Assembly: GCA_030690945.1 (NCBI GenBank)
Contig: JAUYFM010000064.1
Span: forward strand, 91,072-155,071
Direction of reading: 5' to 3'
Length of the DNA: 64,000 nucleotides
From: Smithellaceae bacterium
Lineage (GTDB): Bacteria; Desulfobacterota; Syntrophia; Syntrophales; Smithellaceae
Positions 46,596-55,370 of this stretch are shown here, piece after piece. The notes below the pieces were generated by a model. The model had not been told where the DNA came from and searched no databases. It saw only the letters and a program-made list of their open reading frames with translations. Made by a program: the position numbers and the translations under genes. Positions within the stretch are counted from its first letter, which is position 1; each line of letters opens with the position of its first letter.

Positions 46596-47552
46596 ATGAT
46601 GGCGAAAATAACGTTAAAAGCGGTAGACAAAGTTGAGATATTAACGCTACAGGACAACTATATCGAGATGACGGCGATGGACAATAACGCCATCGTCACA
46701 AGAGCCGCCCCACTCAAAGACGGCGAAATCCGCGCCTCAATTCTGGCGGAACATGGTTTTTCAGCGCTGGTCAAAACCACGGCGTCAGGAAAGGCACACA
46801 CGCTTTTGTTTGATTTTGGATTTTCCGAAGACGGAGCGGCGCAAAACGCCAAAACGCTGGGCGTCGATATGCGCGAAGTCGAGGCTGCGGTTCTGTCACA
46901 CGGACACAGCGATCATACGGGTGGCCTTCAAAAGCTCACGGCATTAATCGGCAAGCGCGACATTCCGCTGATTGTGCATCCTTCGGCTTTCAAGTCGCCG
47001 CGCTATCTAAAGCTGGGCGAAGACTTCAAGATCAATTTTCCTCAACTAACACGCGAAATGATACAGGAAGCTGGATTTTCCGTCATCGAATCCGAAGCGC
47101 CCTACCTGCTTCTTGACGACACGATTCTGTTTCTGGGTGAAATTCCGCGGAAGACGGATTTTGAAAAAGGTTTCCCCATCGCCCACTGGCAAAAAGACGG
47201 CAAGGAACAGTGGGATGCGATTGAAGACGACACTTCCATTGTCCTGAATATCAAGGATAAAGGCCTGGTGATCGTCTCCGGGTGCGCGCATGCGGGCATT
47301 GTCAACACAGTACATCATGCGATGGAGGTCACGGGCATCGATAAAGTTCATGTTGTAATGGGCGGCTTCCATCTTTCGGGGCCCCTCTTTGAAGCGATTA
47401 TTGACAGGACCGCACAGGAACTGCAAAAAGTTCACCCGACTTATGTGGTTCCCATGCACTGTACAGGTCGCAAGGCCATCATGACCATGGAAAAACAAAT
47501 GCCGGATCAATTTATTTTGAATATGTCGGGAACGAAACTGACGTTCACGTGA
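46596..47552 (+). CDS. MBL-fold metallo-hydrolase
   Basis: AEHGFS, LSHGHSDHTGG, SGCAHAG, GGFHL, PMHCTG; AAGGAG RBS. Confidence 0.9.
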   Translation: MMAKITLKAVDKVEILTLQDNYIEMTAMDNNAIVTRAAPLKDGEIRASILAEHGFSALVKTTASGKAHTLLFDFGFSEDGAAQNAKTLGVDMREVEAAVLSHGHSDHTGGLQKLTALIGKRDIPLIVHPSAFKSPRYLKLGEDFKINFPQLTREMIQEAGFSVIESEAPYLLLDDTILFLGEIPRKTDFEKGFPIAHWQKDGKEQWDAIEDDTSIVLNIKDKGLVIVSGCAHAGIVNTVHHAMEVTGIDKVHVVMGGFHLSGPLFEAIIDRTAQELQKVHPTYVVPMHCTGRKAIMTMEKQMPDQFILNMSGTKLTFT

Positions 47553-47703
47553 AGCGGGACTCGTGAAGTGTGAAGCGTAAAAAAACCAGAAGCCCAAGGC
47601 GTTGCTTGGCAGATTGGCCGGAATAAGTCGTTAACCACGGTTTAAAGAGGTAGATACGAGATACGCTTCACGAGATGCGAAATACGAAATTTAAGGAGAC
47701 TTC

Positions 47704-48189
47704 ATGACAAAGAAAGCTTTTCAGGATTTCTATCCTGACCATTTCAGCCATTGCTATGGCTGCGGCCGACTTAATAGTGACGGTATGCAAATCAAGAGTT
47801 ACTGGGACGGGGAGGAAGCCGTTTGCGTTCACATCCCCAAAGCCTTCCACACGGGTGGCGCCCCCGGGAACGTTTACGGCGGTTTGATCGCATCCCTTAT
47901 CGATTGCCATTCCATGGGCACTGCGGCAGCGGCTAAATGCCGATCGGAAAACCGGGAACTGGGCTCTGAGCCGGCGCTGCGTTTCGTGACGGCGTCGCTG
48001 CACGTGAATTATCTCTTGCCCACGCCAATGGGCGGGCCGCTGGAAATCCGCAGCACAATCAAGGAAATCAAGGGACGCAAAATCATTGTTGAGTCGCGTT
48101 TGATCGCCGAAGGAAAGGTCTGCGCGACGGGCGAAGTGGTCGCGGTCCAAATTCCAGAACACATGACACCTAGCGACGGAAAGAAATAA
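47704..48189 (+). CDS. PaaI-family hotdog thioesterase
   Basis: CYGCG, YGGLIASLIDCH, VTASLHVNYL.PTP. Confidence 0.88.
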   Translation: MTKKAFQDFYPDHFSHCYGCGRLNSDGMQIKSYWDGEEAVCVHIPKAFHTGGAPGNVYGGLIASLIDCHSMGTAAAAKCRSENRELGSEPALRFVTASLHVNYLLPTPMGGPLEIRSTIKEIKGRKIIVESRLIAEGKVCATGEVVAVQIPEHMTPSDGKK

Positions 48190-48266
48190 AATCCCATCAC
48201 ATTGATTCAGATCAATGCTTTTTCGCTTGTGGCCTGATACTTTTTGGACCAAAAAAGGAGAGATAC

Positions 48267-48401
48267 ACGACCCGGAGAAAAATTATCGTGATCGGTGGAT
48301 CGGCCCCTATTCCCCTTGATTTTGAGAAGAAGATCGAAATACTGACGGGCCATGTGTTACAACGGAAAAAACCAGGACCTAAGAAGAAACAACGAGATTG
48401 A
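48267..48401 (+). pseudogene. Chimeric remnant: N-terminus of an FAD-dependent oxidoreductase joined to a Y1/RAYT-like transposase C-terminus
   Basis: AAGGAG RBS then ACG (mutated ATG?); reads TRRKIIVIGGSAP...FEKKIEILTGHVLQRKKPGPKKKQRD*. Confidence 0.5.
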
Positions 48402-48426
48402 ATTAGGTGTTGTGTCCCCGGAATTC
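48401..48426 (+). repeat. Direct-repeat site copy 1 (AATTAGGTGTTGTGTCCCCGGAATTC)
   Basis: 22/26 identical to 49318-49343. Confidence 0.75.
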
Positions 48427-48496
48427 CAATAAACTGATATTTCAAGACCGGACCCCATTTTTTTTGTTTATGAGTTTCTCCTCTGGTTTTCTTTTA

Positions 48497-48526
48497 TTGA
48501 CTCCACTTTCGTGAAAATGTTATAAA
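48497..48526 (+). promoter_or_regulatory. Putative promoter of the TA cassette
   Basis: TTGACT-18 bp-TATAAA with TG in the extended -10 position. Confidence 0.45.
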
Positions 48527-48568
48527 ATTAGTGAAATTATAGTTAACCGTAAGCAGGAGGCAATAAAA

Positions 48569-48811
48569 ATGGAGCAGACAGGTATTCTAAACCGGATTAC
48601 GATCCATCCGGATGTTATGGTTGGAAAACCTACGATCAGGGGGTTGCGCATCACGGTCGAACAGATACTCAAAGCTTTGGCCAATGATGTCAAAACCGAT
48701 CAATTACTCGATGATTACCCGGAATTGGAAAAAGATGATATCCGTGCCGCTCTTCTTTATGCATCGCAGCTGGTGGATGAAGAAAGAGTTTACGCTGTTA
48801 ACGCAAACTGA
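48569..48811 (+). CDS. DUF433 antitoxin
   Basis: RITIHPDVMVGKPTIRGLRITV...DYPEL..DDIRAAL.YA. Confidence 0.92.
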   Translation: MEQTGILNRITIHPDVMVGKPTIRGLRITVEQILKALANDVKTDQLLDDYPELEKDDIRAALLYASQLVDEERVYAVNAN

Positions 48812-48829
48812 TCATTGTCCAGGTGATGA

Positions 48830-49172
48830 ATGAAATTCCTTGTTGATGTTGGAGTTGGCAAGAAAGTTGAAGACTTTTTGAAGGTTAACGGATACGATAT
48901 CCTTTCTGTCAGGGAAATCGATGCGTGTGCCAGAGATTTACAAATAATGGGCCTTTGATGATCAGCGAATGATTATTACGATGGATAAGGACTTTGGGGA
49001 ACTTGTTTTCAATTCCAGCAAACAGCATGCCGGAGTTCTTATTTTGCGCCTTGAAGATGCTGATGGTGATGCAAAAGTCGAAGTGATTAAAAATATTCTT
49101 TCCAATTATTCAGATAGATTGAAGTCAAGTTTCTGCGTTTATCAAGACGGAAAGCTCAGGATTAGAGACTAA
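48830..49172 (+). pseudogene. DUF5615 PIN-like toxin, frameshifted near 48945
   Basis: MKFLVDVGVG... in one frame; WAFDDQRMIITMDKDFGELVF...HAGVLILRL in another. Confidence 0.8.
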
Positions 49173-49215
49173 AGCATTGGTTTCTCATTTCCAGCTCAAT
49201 AATTCTGATTGCAAC

Positions 49216-49265
49216 TTTGTTTTCTCTGGTTCCTAGGCTGGAGCTTGGGAACCAGAGAAAACAAA
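49216..49265. repeat. Long palindrome (REP-like or terminator) after the TA cassette
   Basis: 18-bp arms TTTGTTTTCTCTGGTTCC / GGAACCAGAGAAAACAAA. Confidence 0.75.
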
Positions 49266-49317
49266 AAGCGGTTGAAGAATAATCTCCGACCGCCATCATT
49301 TAAAACCTGTTGCAATT

Positions 49318-49343
49318 AATTTAGTGTTATGTCCCCCGAATTC
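49318..49343 (+). repeat. Direct-repeat site copy 2 (AATTTAGTGTTATGTCCCCCGAATTC)
   Basis: Matches 48401-48426 and supplies the ATG at 49329. Confidence 0.75.
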
Positions 49344-49769
49344 GCGCTGGCGGTCTGCCGGCTTTTCCCTGGTAAAACGGTACAAATCGACACACCGTGC
49401 CTGGATTGTGGACAGCCTATCCATTTAGAGATGCGAGACGGCGTGATTTTAAAAGCCGACCCGGAGGACGTAATCGGCTACGTGGCCGTTCCATTTTCCA
49501 ACTGGATGCAAGATATAAGTTTCGCCTGATCGACGATGACATTCTTCCGGTCGGAAGAACATCTTCGCAACTGGGCTCAGTTTAAACCGGAGACGGAAGA
49601 AGGGATATTCCCCCTGCCTGACCTGCTCAAACTTTTTTCAGCTCAGATGTTCCGGCGGCGCCTGGATCCCGAGTATTTTTCCCACATGCGCGAATACGTC
49701 ATGGAGTGGATCACCACGCTCACGGAAATCGGCAAGACCGGGCCTTTCTGGTCGTTGAAAAAACCATAA
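49329..49769 (+). CDS. MerB (organomercurial lyase)-like selenoprotein, Sec at UGA 49527-49529; probably 5'-truncated
   Basis: ORFs 49329-49529 and 49536-49769 are in frame; the join FA-U-STMTFFRSEEHLRNW resembles MerB FCCHVHFFAS..AEDW; SECIS-like hairpin follows the UGA. Confidence 0.75.
49535..49563 (+). promoter_or_regulatory. Bacterial SECIS-like hairpin
   Basis: GATG-aca-TTCTTCC-GGTC-GGAAGAA-CATC; loop G is 20 nt after the UGA. Confidence 0.7.
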
Positions 49770-49848
49770 TCTTCAATTGATATCCTCCGTCGGGCTCGCC
49801 CCGGGGAGGCGCAGGATTGTTGAACTTAAGATTACATGGAGGCGCTTA

Positions 49849-50883
49849 ATGTATGAACTGAAATTTAAAGAAAAAGTTTGCGCAACGTGCCCGTCATCCG
49901 ACTGTTTGCTGAAGTGCCAGTATATGTCCTTTACCGGTCACCCGGAGGCGCACGGAGAAATGATGAAAGTCGTGAAGGGCAAGGATTCCCGGGTGCTCAA
50001 TGAGTGCGTCACCTGCTATGCCTGCGAGGAATACTGCACCAGAGGCAATCACCCCTTCTACCTCATCTCCGAGCGGCGCGAAGAAAAAGGCATGTTCACC
50101 GCGCCGCGCCCCATCACTAATCAGTGGATCAACATGACCGCGATGCAGGGCAAATATCTGGCAGGCGACGTCAAGGACAAGGCGCTCTCCTGCTGTTATA
50201 TTCCGGATCTGGGGCCGCTGGGTAGCGGAGAAATTTTCAAGGATGTCGCCTCTGCGGGCGTGTTTGGCGCGGAATTCATGTGCCCTGCCGTCCATACGCA
50301 CTTTGCCCGCATGTCGGTGATCAAGGAACGGCTCCCCGTCGTCATCGAAAATTACCGCAAGCTGGGCGTCAAAGAAGTGATCTGTCTGCACGATGAATGC
50401 TACGGCACGCTGACGTCCATTGCCTCCGCCTACGGTATGGAGGTCCCGTTCAAGCCGGTTTATTACATGGATTATCTCTTCGAAAGAATGAAAGAGCTCA
50501 AAGACAAAATCAAGCCGCTGGGCATCACCGTCGCTTATCAGCGCCCCTGCTCCAACCGGCTCATTCCCGACAAGCTGCCGCTGGTGAAAAAAATATTCAA
50601 GCTCATCGGCGTGAAAGCGCCCAAAAGACTCTACCAGGATGAAAACGCTCTTTGCTGCGCGGAAATCCTCCGCTCCGTATCCGGCTACAAGCTGGCGGAC
50701 GACGTGCAGAAGCGCAACATCGACGACATGCTGAAGGCGGGCGCCGAATACTGCGTCTTCAACTGTCCGGCCTGCCAGTCGTCTCTTTCGGAAAAAGTTT
50801 CCAAAAGAGGTTTGAAACCGGTGCATATCATCGACCTGTGCAAAATGGCCATCGGCGAAAAAGGAAGGGAGGCGGTATTATGA
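49849..50883 (+). CDS. Fe-S oxidoreductase with ferredoxin and CCG-like domains (HdrD/GlcF-like)
   Basis: CxxCxxxxCxxxC, CVTCYACEEYC, YQRPC, LCC, NCPAC; GGAGG RBS. Confidence 0.8.
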   Translation: MYELKFKEKVCATCPSSDCLLKCQYMSFTGHPEAHGEMMKVVKGKDSRVLNECVTCYACEEYCTRGNHPFYLISERREEKGMFTAPRPITNQWINMTAMQGKYLAGDVKDKALSCCYIPDLGPLGSGEIFKDVASAGVFGAEFMCPAVHTHFARMSVIKERLPVVIENYRKLGVKEVICLHDECYGTLTSIASAYGMEVPFKPVYYMDYLFERMKELKDKIKPLGITVAYQRPCSNRLIPDKLPLVKKIFKLIGVKAPKRLYQDENALCCAEILRSVSGYKLADDVQKRNIDDMLKAGAEYCVFNCPACQSSLSEKVSKRGLKPVHIIDLCKMAIGEKGREAVL

Positions 50884-52262
50884 GCGACATTCTAAAATCC
50901 CTGATCGAAATTGTCGGAGAAAGAGGCGTTTCCAATGCCCCGGAAGAGCTCTGGTTTTATTCGCGCGATCCCGGCGTGCTGGCGCCGCACAAACCCGATT
51001 ATGTGGTCGCGCCCAAAACCACCGAAGAAGTGCAAAAGATTGTCCAACTGGCAGGCCGCGAAAATATCCCCGTTGTCCCGATGGGCAACGGCATGTCGCT
51101 TGCGGGGCTGGTGATTCCGCTCAAGGGCGGCATCGTTCTGGACATGAAGCGGATGAACAAAATCCTGGAAGTGAACGCCATGGGCCGTTACGCCGTTTTG
51201 GAAGGCGGGACCTCTCAGGGCATGCTCAAAGCGTACCTGCAGAAAAACCACCCCACCCTGCGGCACAGCCTTCCCGACGCGCCGCCCACAACAACCATCG
51301 CCGCCAACGTCGCCCTGCATGGTCAGGGGCGGCTGACCAATCAGTACGGCTTCAATTCCGATATGGTCACGGGGCTGGAAGTGGTGCTGCCCACCGGCGA
51401 AATCTGCCGGATCGGCTCGCCTTCGATCGGGCCCTACTGGTTTTCCAAAGGGCCCACGCTGCCCGATCTGTCAGGGCTTTTCCTGGGCTGGCTGGGTTGC
51501 ACGGGAATTATCACCAAGGTCGGTTTGAAACTCTTTCCCAACAAGAAGTTTCGGGATGTCGAACTGTTTGTCACCGACCGGGTTGACCTGGTCCCGACCA
51601 TGCTCTATAAGCTCACCCACCTGGAAATACTCGAGGACGTCAATGTCTGGTTTCAGCCCAAACCGCTGATGTTTCTGGGCAATTATCATATCACCATGTT
51701 CTTTACCGGCGATACGGAAGAAGAAATCGAATTCAAACGGAAGATGATCTGGGATGCCCTGCAGGAATTCATGGATTCGAAGGACGGCGGCTTCATGAGC
51801 GTTCAGTATATGAAATCCGCGCTTCTGGAAATGCCCGGCCGTACCATCGCCGATTTTGCCGATGTGCCCAAAGGCGGCGGTTTCGAATATTCGGGGCCGA
51901 TCGCGCTCATTGAGCATTACCCGAAGTACGCGGCCAAAGTCGTTGAGCTGGCCGAAAAGTACAACGTCCTTTACGCCAGCGCGGCCCGACTCATTTCCGG
52001 CGGACATTGTATGATGTTCAGCATTTCTTTTGCCTTCAACCGCAATGACCCGGCCATGATGGCGCGGGTGGAGAAAGCGCTTACCGAAGCGATGACCTTT
52101 GCCCTGGACATGGGTGGCGTTCCCTGGAAACCCAACTTCAAGGAGCAGAAAATGGTGATGCAAAGAATGGAGCCCAATGCACTCAAGCTTCTTCTGATGA
52201 TCAAGAAAAACCTCGACCCGCAGGGCATTATGAATCCCGGCAACTGGGAGGTGACGCCATGA
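50880..52262 (+). CDS. FAD-linked oxidoreductase (GlcD/D-lactate dehydrogenase superfamily)
   Basis: P.TTEEVQ.IV.LA, GGIVLDMKRMNKI, GLEVVLPTG, GIITK, DPQGIMNPG. Confidence 0.88.
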   Translation: MSDILKSLIEIVGERGVSNAPEELWFYSRDPGVLAPHKPDYVVAPKTTEEVQKIVQLAGRENIPVVPMGNGMSLAGLVIPLKGGIVLDMKRMNKILEVNAMGRYAVLEGGTSQGMLKAYLQKNHPTLRHSLPDAPPTTTIAANVALHGQGRLTNQYGFNSDMVTGLEVVLPTGEICRIGSPSIGPYWFSKGPTLPDLSGLFLGWLGCTGIITKVGLKLFPNKKFRDVELFVTDRVDLVPTMLYKLTHLEILEDVNVWFQPKPLMFLGNYHITMFFTGDTEEEIEFKRKMIWDALQEFMDSKDGGFMSVQYMKSALLEMPGRTIADFADVPKGGGFEYSGPIALIEHYPKYAAKVVELAEKYNVLYASAARLISGGHCMMFSISFAFNRNDPAMMARVEKALTEAMTFALDMGGVPWKPNFKEQKMVMQRMEPNALKLLLMIKKNLDPQGIMNPGNWEVTP

Positions 52263-53434
52263 CCTACATCCGACACATCGAACATGAAAACATCGTCCAC
52301 CGCTGCTTCCGCTGCGGTTACTGCAAATTTCCGGATGACTACAGCGATTTCAACTGTCCATCTTACAAGGCCTTCGGGTGGGACACCTTCTCGCCGGGCG
52401 GCAGAATGTGGCTGACCCGCGCCTGGCTGGCCGGAGAAATTGAAACCAGTCCTCGCTTTGCCGAAATTATGTTTTCGTGCGTGACCTGCGACAACTGCAA
52501 GACCCAGTGCGTCTTTCCGAAGTTTAAAGATTTCCTGACGGATATTTTTCAGGAAACACGCGCCGAACTGGTCAGCGAAGGCCGGATCCCTCCCGGTGTG
52601 CGGGATTATTTGAAAGCCGTCGCCGCAAGCGGCAACCCCTATAAACTGCCGCAGGACCAGCGCGGCGCATGGGCCAAAGGAACGGGACTGAAACCCTACA
52701 CCAGCCAGGAATATCTTTTTTTCGCGGGCTGTGTCGGCTCTTACGACGAAGTCGGTCAAAAGATGGCCCAAAGCGTGGGACGGCTGCTGGTTGATGCCGG
52801 TCTGGACGTTGGCATTCTGGGCAATGAAGAAACCTGCGACGGCAATGATGTGCGCACGTTGGGAGAAATGGGATTGTTTGCCGAACTGGCCCTGGCCAAC
52901 CTTGAGAAGTTCAAGGCCAAAGGTGTCAAGAATATTATCACCCTCGATCCTCACGCGCTCAATACCTTCAAGAAAGATTATCCGGCGCTCGGCGGAAAAT
53001 TCAAAGTGCTGCATTATACCGAAGTGGTAGCTGAACTGATTAAAAAGAAAAAAATAAAATTGAAACCCTGGCCGGTCAAAATCACTTACCACGATCCCTG
53101 CTACCTGGGCCGGCATCAGCAGATATATCAGGCGCCGCGGGATATTCTCAACGCCATTCCCAAAGCCGAACTTATTGAGATGAGCCGCAGCGGGTTAAAT
53201 GCTTTTTGCTGCGGCGGAGGCGGAGGAAACTTTTTTACGGATATTCTGGGAACGGCCCCGGACAGCGCCTCGCGCGTACGCGTCCGTGAAGCGATGGAAA
53301 CCGGCGCAGGCATCATTGCGGTTGCCTGCCCCAACTGCGCCAAGATGCTAACTGATGCGGTCAAGATGGAAAATCTGGAAGATAAACTGGAGGTTTTGGG
53401 CATTGCCGAAATTCTGGAGAAGGCCAAAAAATGA
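52259..53434 (+). CDS. Fe-S/CCG-domain oxidoreductase (HdrD/GlcF-like)
   Basis: CFRCGYC, CVTCDNC...C, YHDPCYLGR, CCGGGGG, ACPNC. Confidence 0.88.
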   Translation: MTYIRHIEHENIVHRCFRCGYCKFPDDYSDFNCPSYKAFGWDTFSPGGRMWLTRAWLAGEIETSPRFAEIMFSCVTCDNCKTQCVFPKFKDFLTDIFQETRAELVSEGRIPPGVRDYLKAVAASGNPYKLPQDQRGAWAKGTGLKPYTSQEYLFFAGCVGSYDEVGQKMAQSVGRLLVDAGLDVGILGNEETCDGNDVRTLGEMGLFAELALANLEKFKAKGVKNIITLDPHALNTFKKDYPALGGKFKVLHYTEVVAELIKKKKIKLKPWPVKITYHDPCYLGRHQQIYQAPRDILNAIPKAELIEMSRSGLNAFCCGGGGGNFFTDILGTAPDSASRVRVREAMETGAGIIAVACPNCAKMLTDAVKMENLEDKLEVLGIAEILEKAKK

Positions 53435-53460
53435 TGAACCTCGTATACTATGGCACAGAC

Positions 53461-53755
53461 TGTCATTCCAACACGCAGGCTGTGTCGCAATTACGAGAAT
53501 GAACATAAAAGTTGTCATACCGGCGTACAGACTGTGTCGTAATACCCTTTTGTCATTACGAGCCGCCTCTTAGGCGGCGTGGTAATCTCATAGATACAAG
53601 CAAGTTAAGAGATTGCTTCAGTCGCCTCGCTCCTTCGCAATGACAATTACGACACATTCTGGTAGGCCGGTATCCAGATGTCGTCCTGGCGACGGCCGGG
53701 AACAAGTCCATATTTTCCTGGATTCCGGGTCGCGCTTCGCTTGCCCGGAATGACA
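53461..53755. repeat. Nested cluster of GTCAT...ATGAC palindromic elements and a TIR element
   Basis: TIRs 53528-53543 / 53646-53661 with a GTA duplication, inserted inside a GTCATACCGGCGTAGGCCGGTATCCAG unit. Confidence 0.8.
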
Positions 53756-53812
53756 AAATAACGTCCGATTTTAACTATACTAGTCCATCACATTATAACG
53801 GAAGGAACACCA

Positions 53813-54340
53813 ATGAACAAAGAAGAAATGCTCAACGAAGTCTACAAGCGGGCGAAAACTCATGAACTCACAGGTGGCAATTGTGCGCAATGCTCTCTGG
53901 CCGCTATTTTCGAAGTGCTGGGCGTGGACGATGAAAACGTTGTCCGGGCCGCCACGGGGTTTGCAGACGGCGTGGGCCTCACCGGCGACGGTCACTGCGG
54001 CGCTTTATCCGGGGGCACCCTCGCCATCAGTTACTTTTTCGGCCGGAAAAAAGAAGATCTCGGGAACGTGGGAAAACAGCTCAAAGCCCTGCTGCTCGCG
54101 AAGAAATTTCACGAACAGTTTGTTGCAGAATTTTCCACCTGCCGGTGCCATGATATTCAAATCAAGCAATTCGGCCGTTTTTTCAATCTCTATGAGATGG
54201 AAGACATGAAGGCGGCGCAGGCCGCGGGCATGGCTGAGCAATGCTCCACGCTGGTCGGAAAAGCGGCGCGCATGGCGCTTAACATCATTCTGGAAGAACA
54301 GGCCAAAAAGGAAAAAAAGGTGGAACTACCGGTGGTGTAA
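53813..54340 (+). CDS. C_GCAxxG_C_C family putative redox protein
   Basis: NCAQ, GHCGALSG, CRC, QC. Confidence 0.85.
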   Translation: MNKEEMLNEVYKRAKTHELTGGNCAQCSLAAIFEVLGVDDENVVRAATGFADGVGLTGDGHCGALSGGTLAISYFFGRKKEDLGNVGKQLKALLLAKKFHEQFVAEFSTCRCHDIQIKQFGRFFNLYEMEDMKAAQAAGMAEQCSTLVGKAARMALNIILEEQAKKEKKVELPVV

Positions 54341-54416
54341 AAAGCAGGGATACGGCGAGGGAGTATTATGGAAGACGCGACAGAATAAAAGCTGAACGAT
54401 CAAAACCCGGTTCATG

Positions 54417-54442
54417 GAACAAGGGGTTGCAACCCCTTGTTC
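54417..54442. repeat. 26-bp perfect palindrome, copy 2
   Basis: Identical to 18866-18891. Confidence 0.85.
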
Positions 54443-54545
54443 TAAAGGGATAAAGATTTAATAGCAGAAGGATTTATTCCGGCATGATGAATAAAACAAA
54501 AATTATACCTTAAGCCGCCCTTTGTGCGACGAATTAGGGCCAATT

Positions 54546-55370
54546 TCAGTTTGGCAAGTCTTTAAACATCGTATTGCCCCCGGATAAATCATTCAGGGGG
54601 TTTTCGCGGGGATCATTCTTTTCGCCTTCTTGGTCTTTTTCTTTAATGACGTCATCATATTCTTCAATCACAATGCCGCGGCGCACCATAATCTGATAAA
54701 TTCTTTCCGCGCTGTTTATCGCATATTGCGAATGGCCGTCGGGCCGAAAGCGTCGCGGATTGGGCAGCGCGGCAGCAAGCGTTGCTGCCTCCCGTGGGCT
54801 CAAATCCCGGGCTTGCTTGCCGTAATATTTGCGGGCGGCGGTTTCAATACCGAATAAACCGTCCCCCCATTCGGCAACATTCAAATACAGCTCGATAATT
54901 CTTTTTTTACTCAGTTGCCGCTCGATACGCCAGGTCAGGATGGCTTCCTTGATTTTTCGAATTGGATTCTTGGCCGGCGTCAGATACAAATTTTTTGCCA
55001 ATTGCTGCGATATCGTGCTGCCACCCGCTTTAAACTTCTTGTTCTTAATATCTTTTTCCAGCGCTTTCTGCATCGCGTCGAAATCAAACCCTTCGTGGGA
55101 CCAGAACTTGTCATCTTCCGCAATGATCACGGCCTTCATAACATAGGGCGATATTTGTGAAAGAGGCGTCCAGGATGTCGAAATCTTTTTCTTGATGCCT
55201 TTTGCCATCCAGGTATCTTCCCGATACTCCATAAAAGCGGTTTTGCCGGGACGATTCTTCTTGAGATCAGCCACATTCGGATAGAAAAAATAACGGCCGA
55301 TATCGATCACAAAAAAAGCGAACACGGCAAGAACACTCAATAAAATAATTTTTCCCCCGTGACGCATCAT
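54546..55370 (-). CDS. mtgA: Monofunctional peptidoglycan transglycosylase
   Basis: AEDDKF..H.GFD, GGSTISQQLAKNL, RKIKE, YLNVAEWG. Confidence 0.93.
   Translation of the reverse strand: MMRHGGKIILLSVLAVFAFFVIDIGRYFFYPNVADLKKNRPGKTAFMEYREDTWMAKGIKKKISTSWTPLSQISPYVMKAVIIAEDDKFWSHEGFDFDAMQKALEKDIKNKKFKAGGSTISQQLAKNLYLTPAKNPIRKIKEAILTWRIERQLSKKRIIELYLNVAEWGDGLFGIETAARKYYGKQARDLSPREAATLAAALPNPRRFRPDGHSQYAINSAERIYQIMVRRGIVIEEYDDVIKEKDQEGEKNDPRENPLNDLSGGNTMFKDLPN

Noticed and set aside
53813-54340. C_GCAxxG_C_C protein as a second selenoprotein
   Set aside because: No in-frame TGA; all motif positions are Cys and the gene ends in TAA
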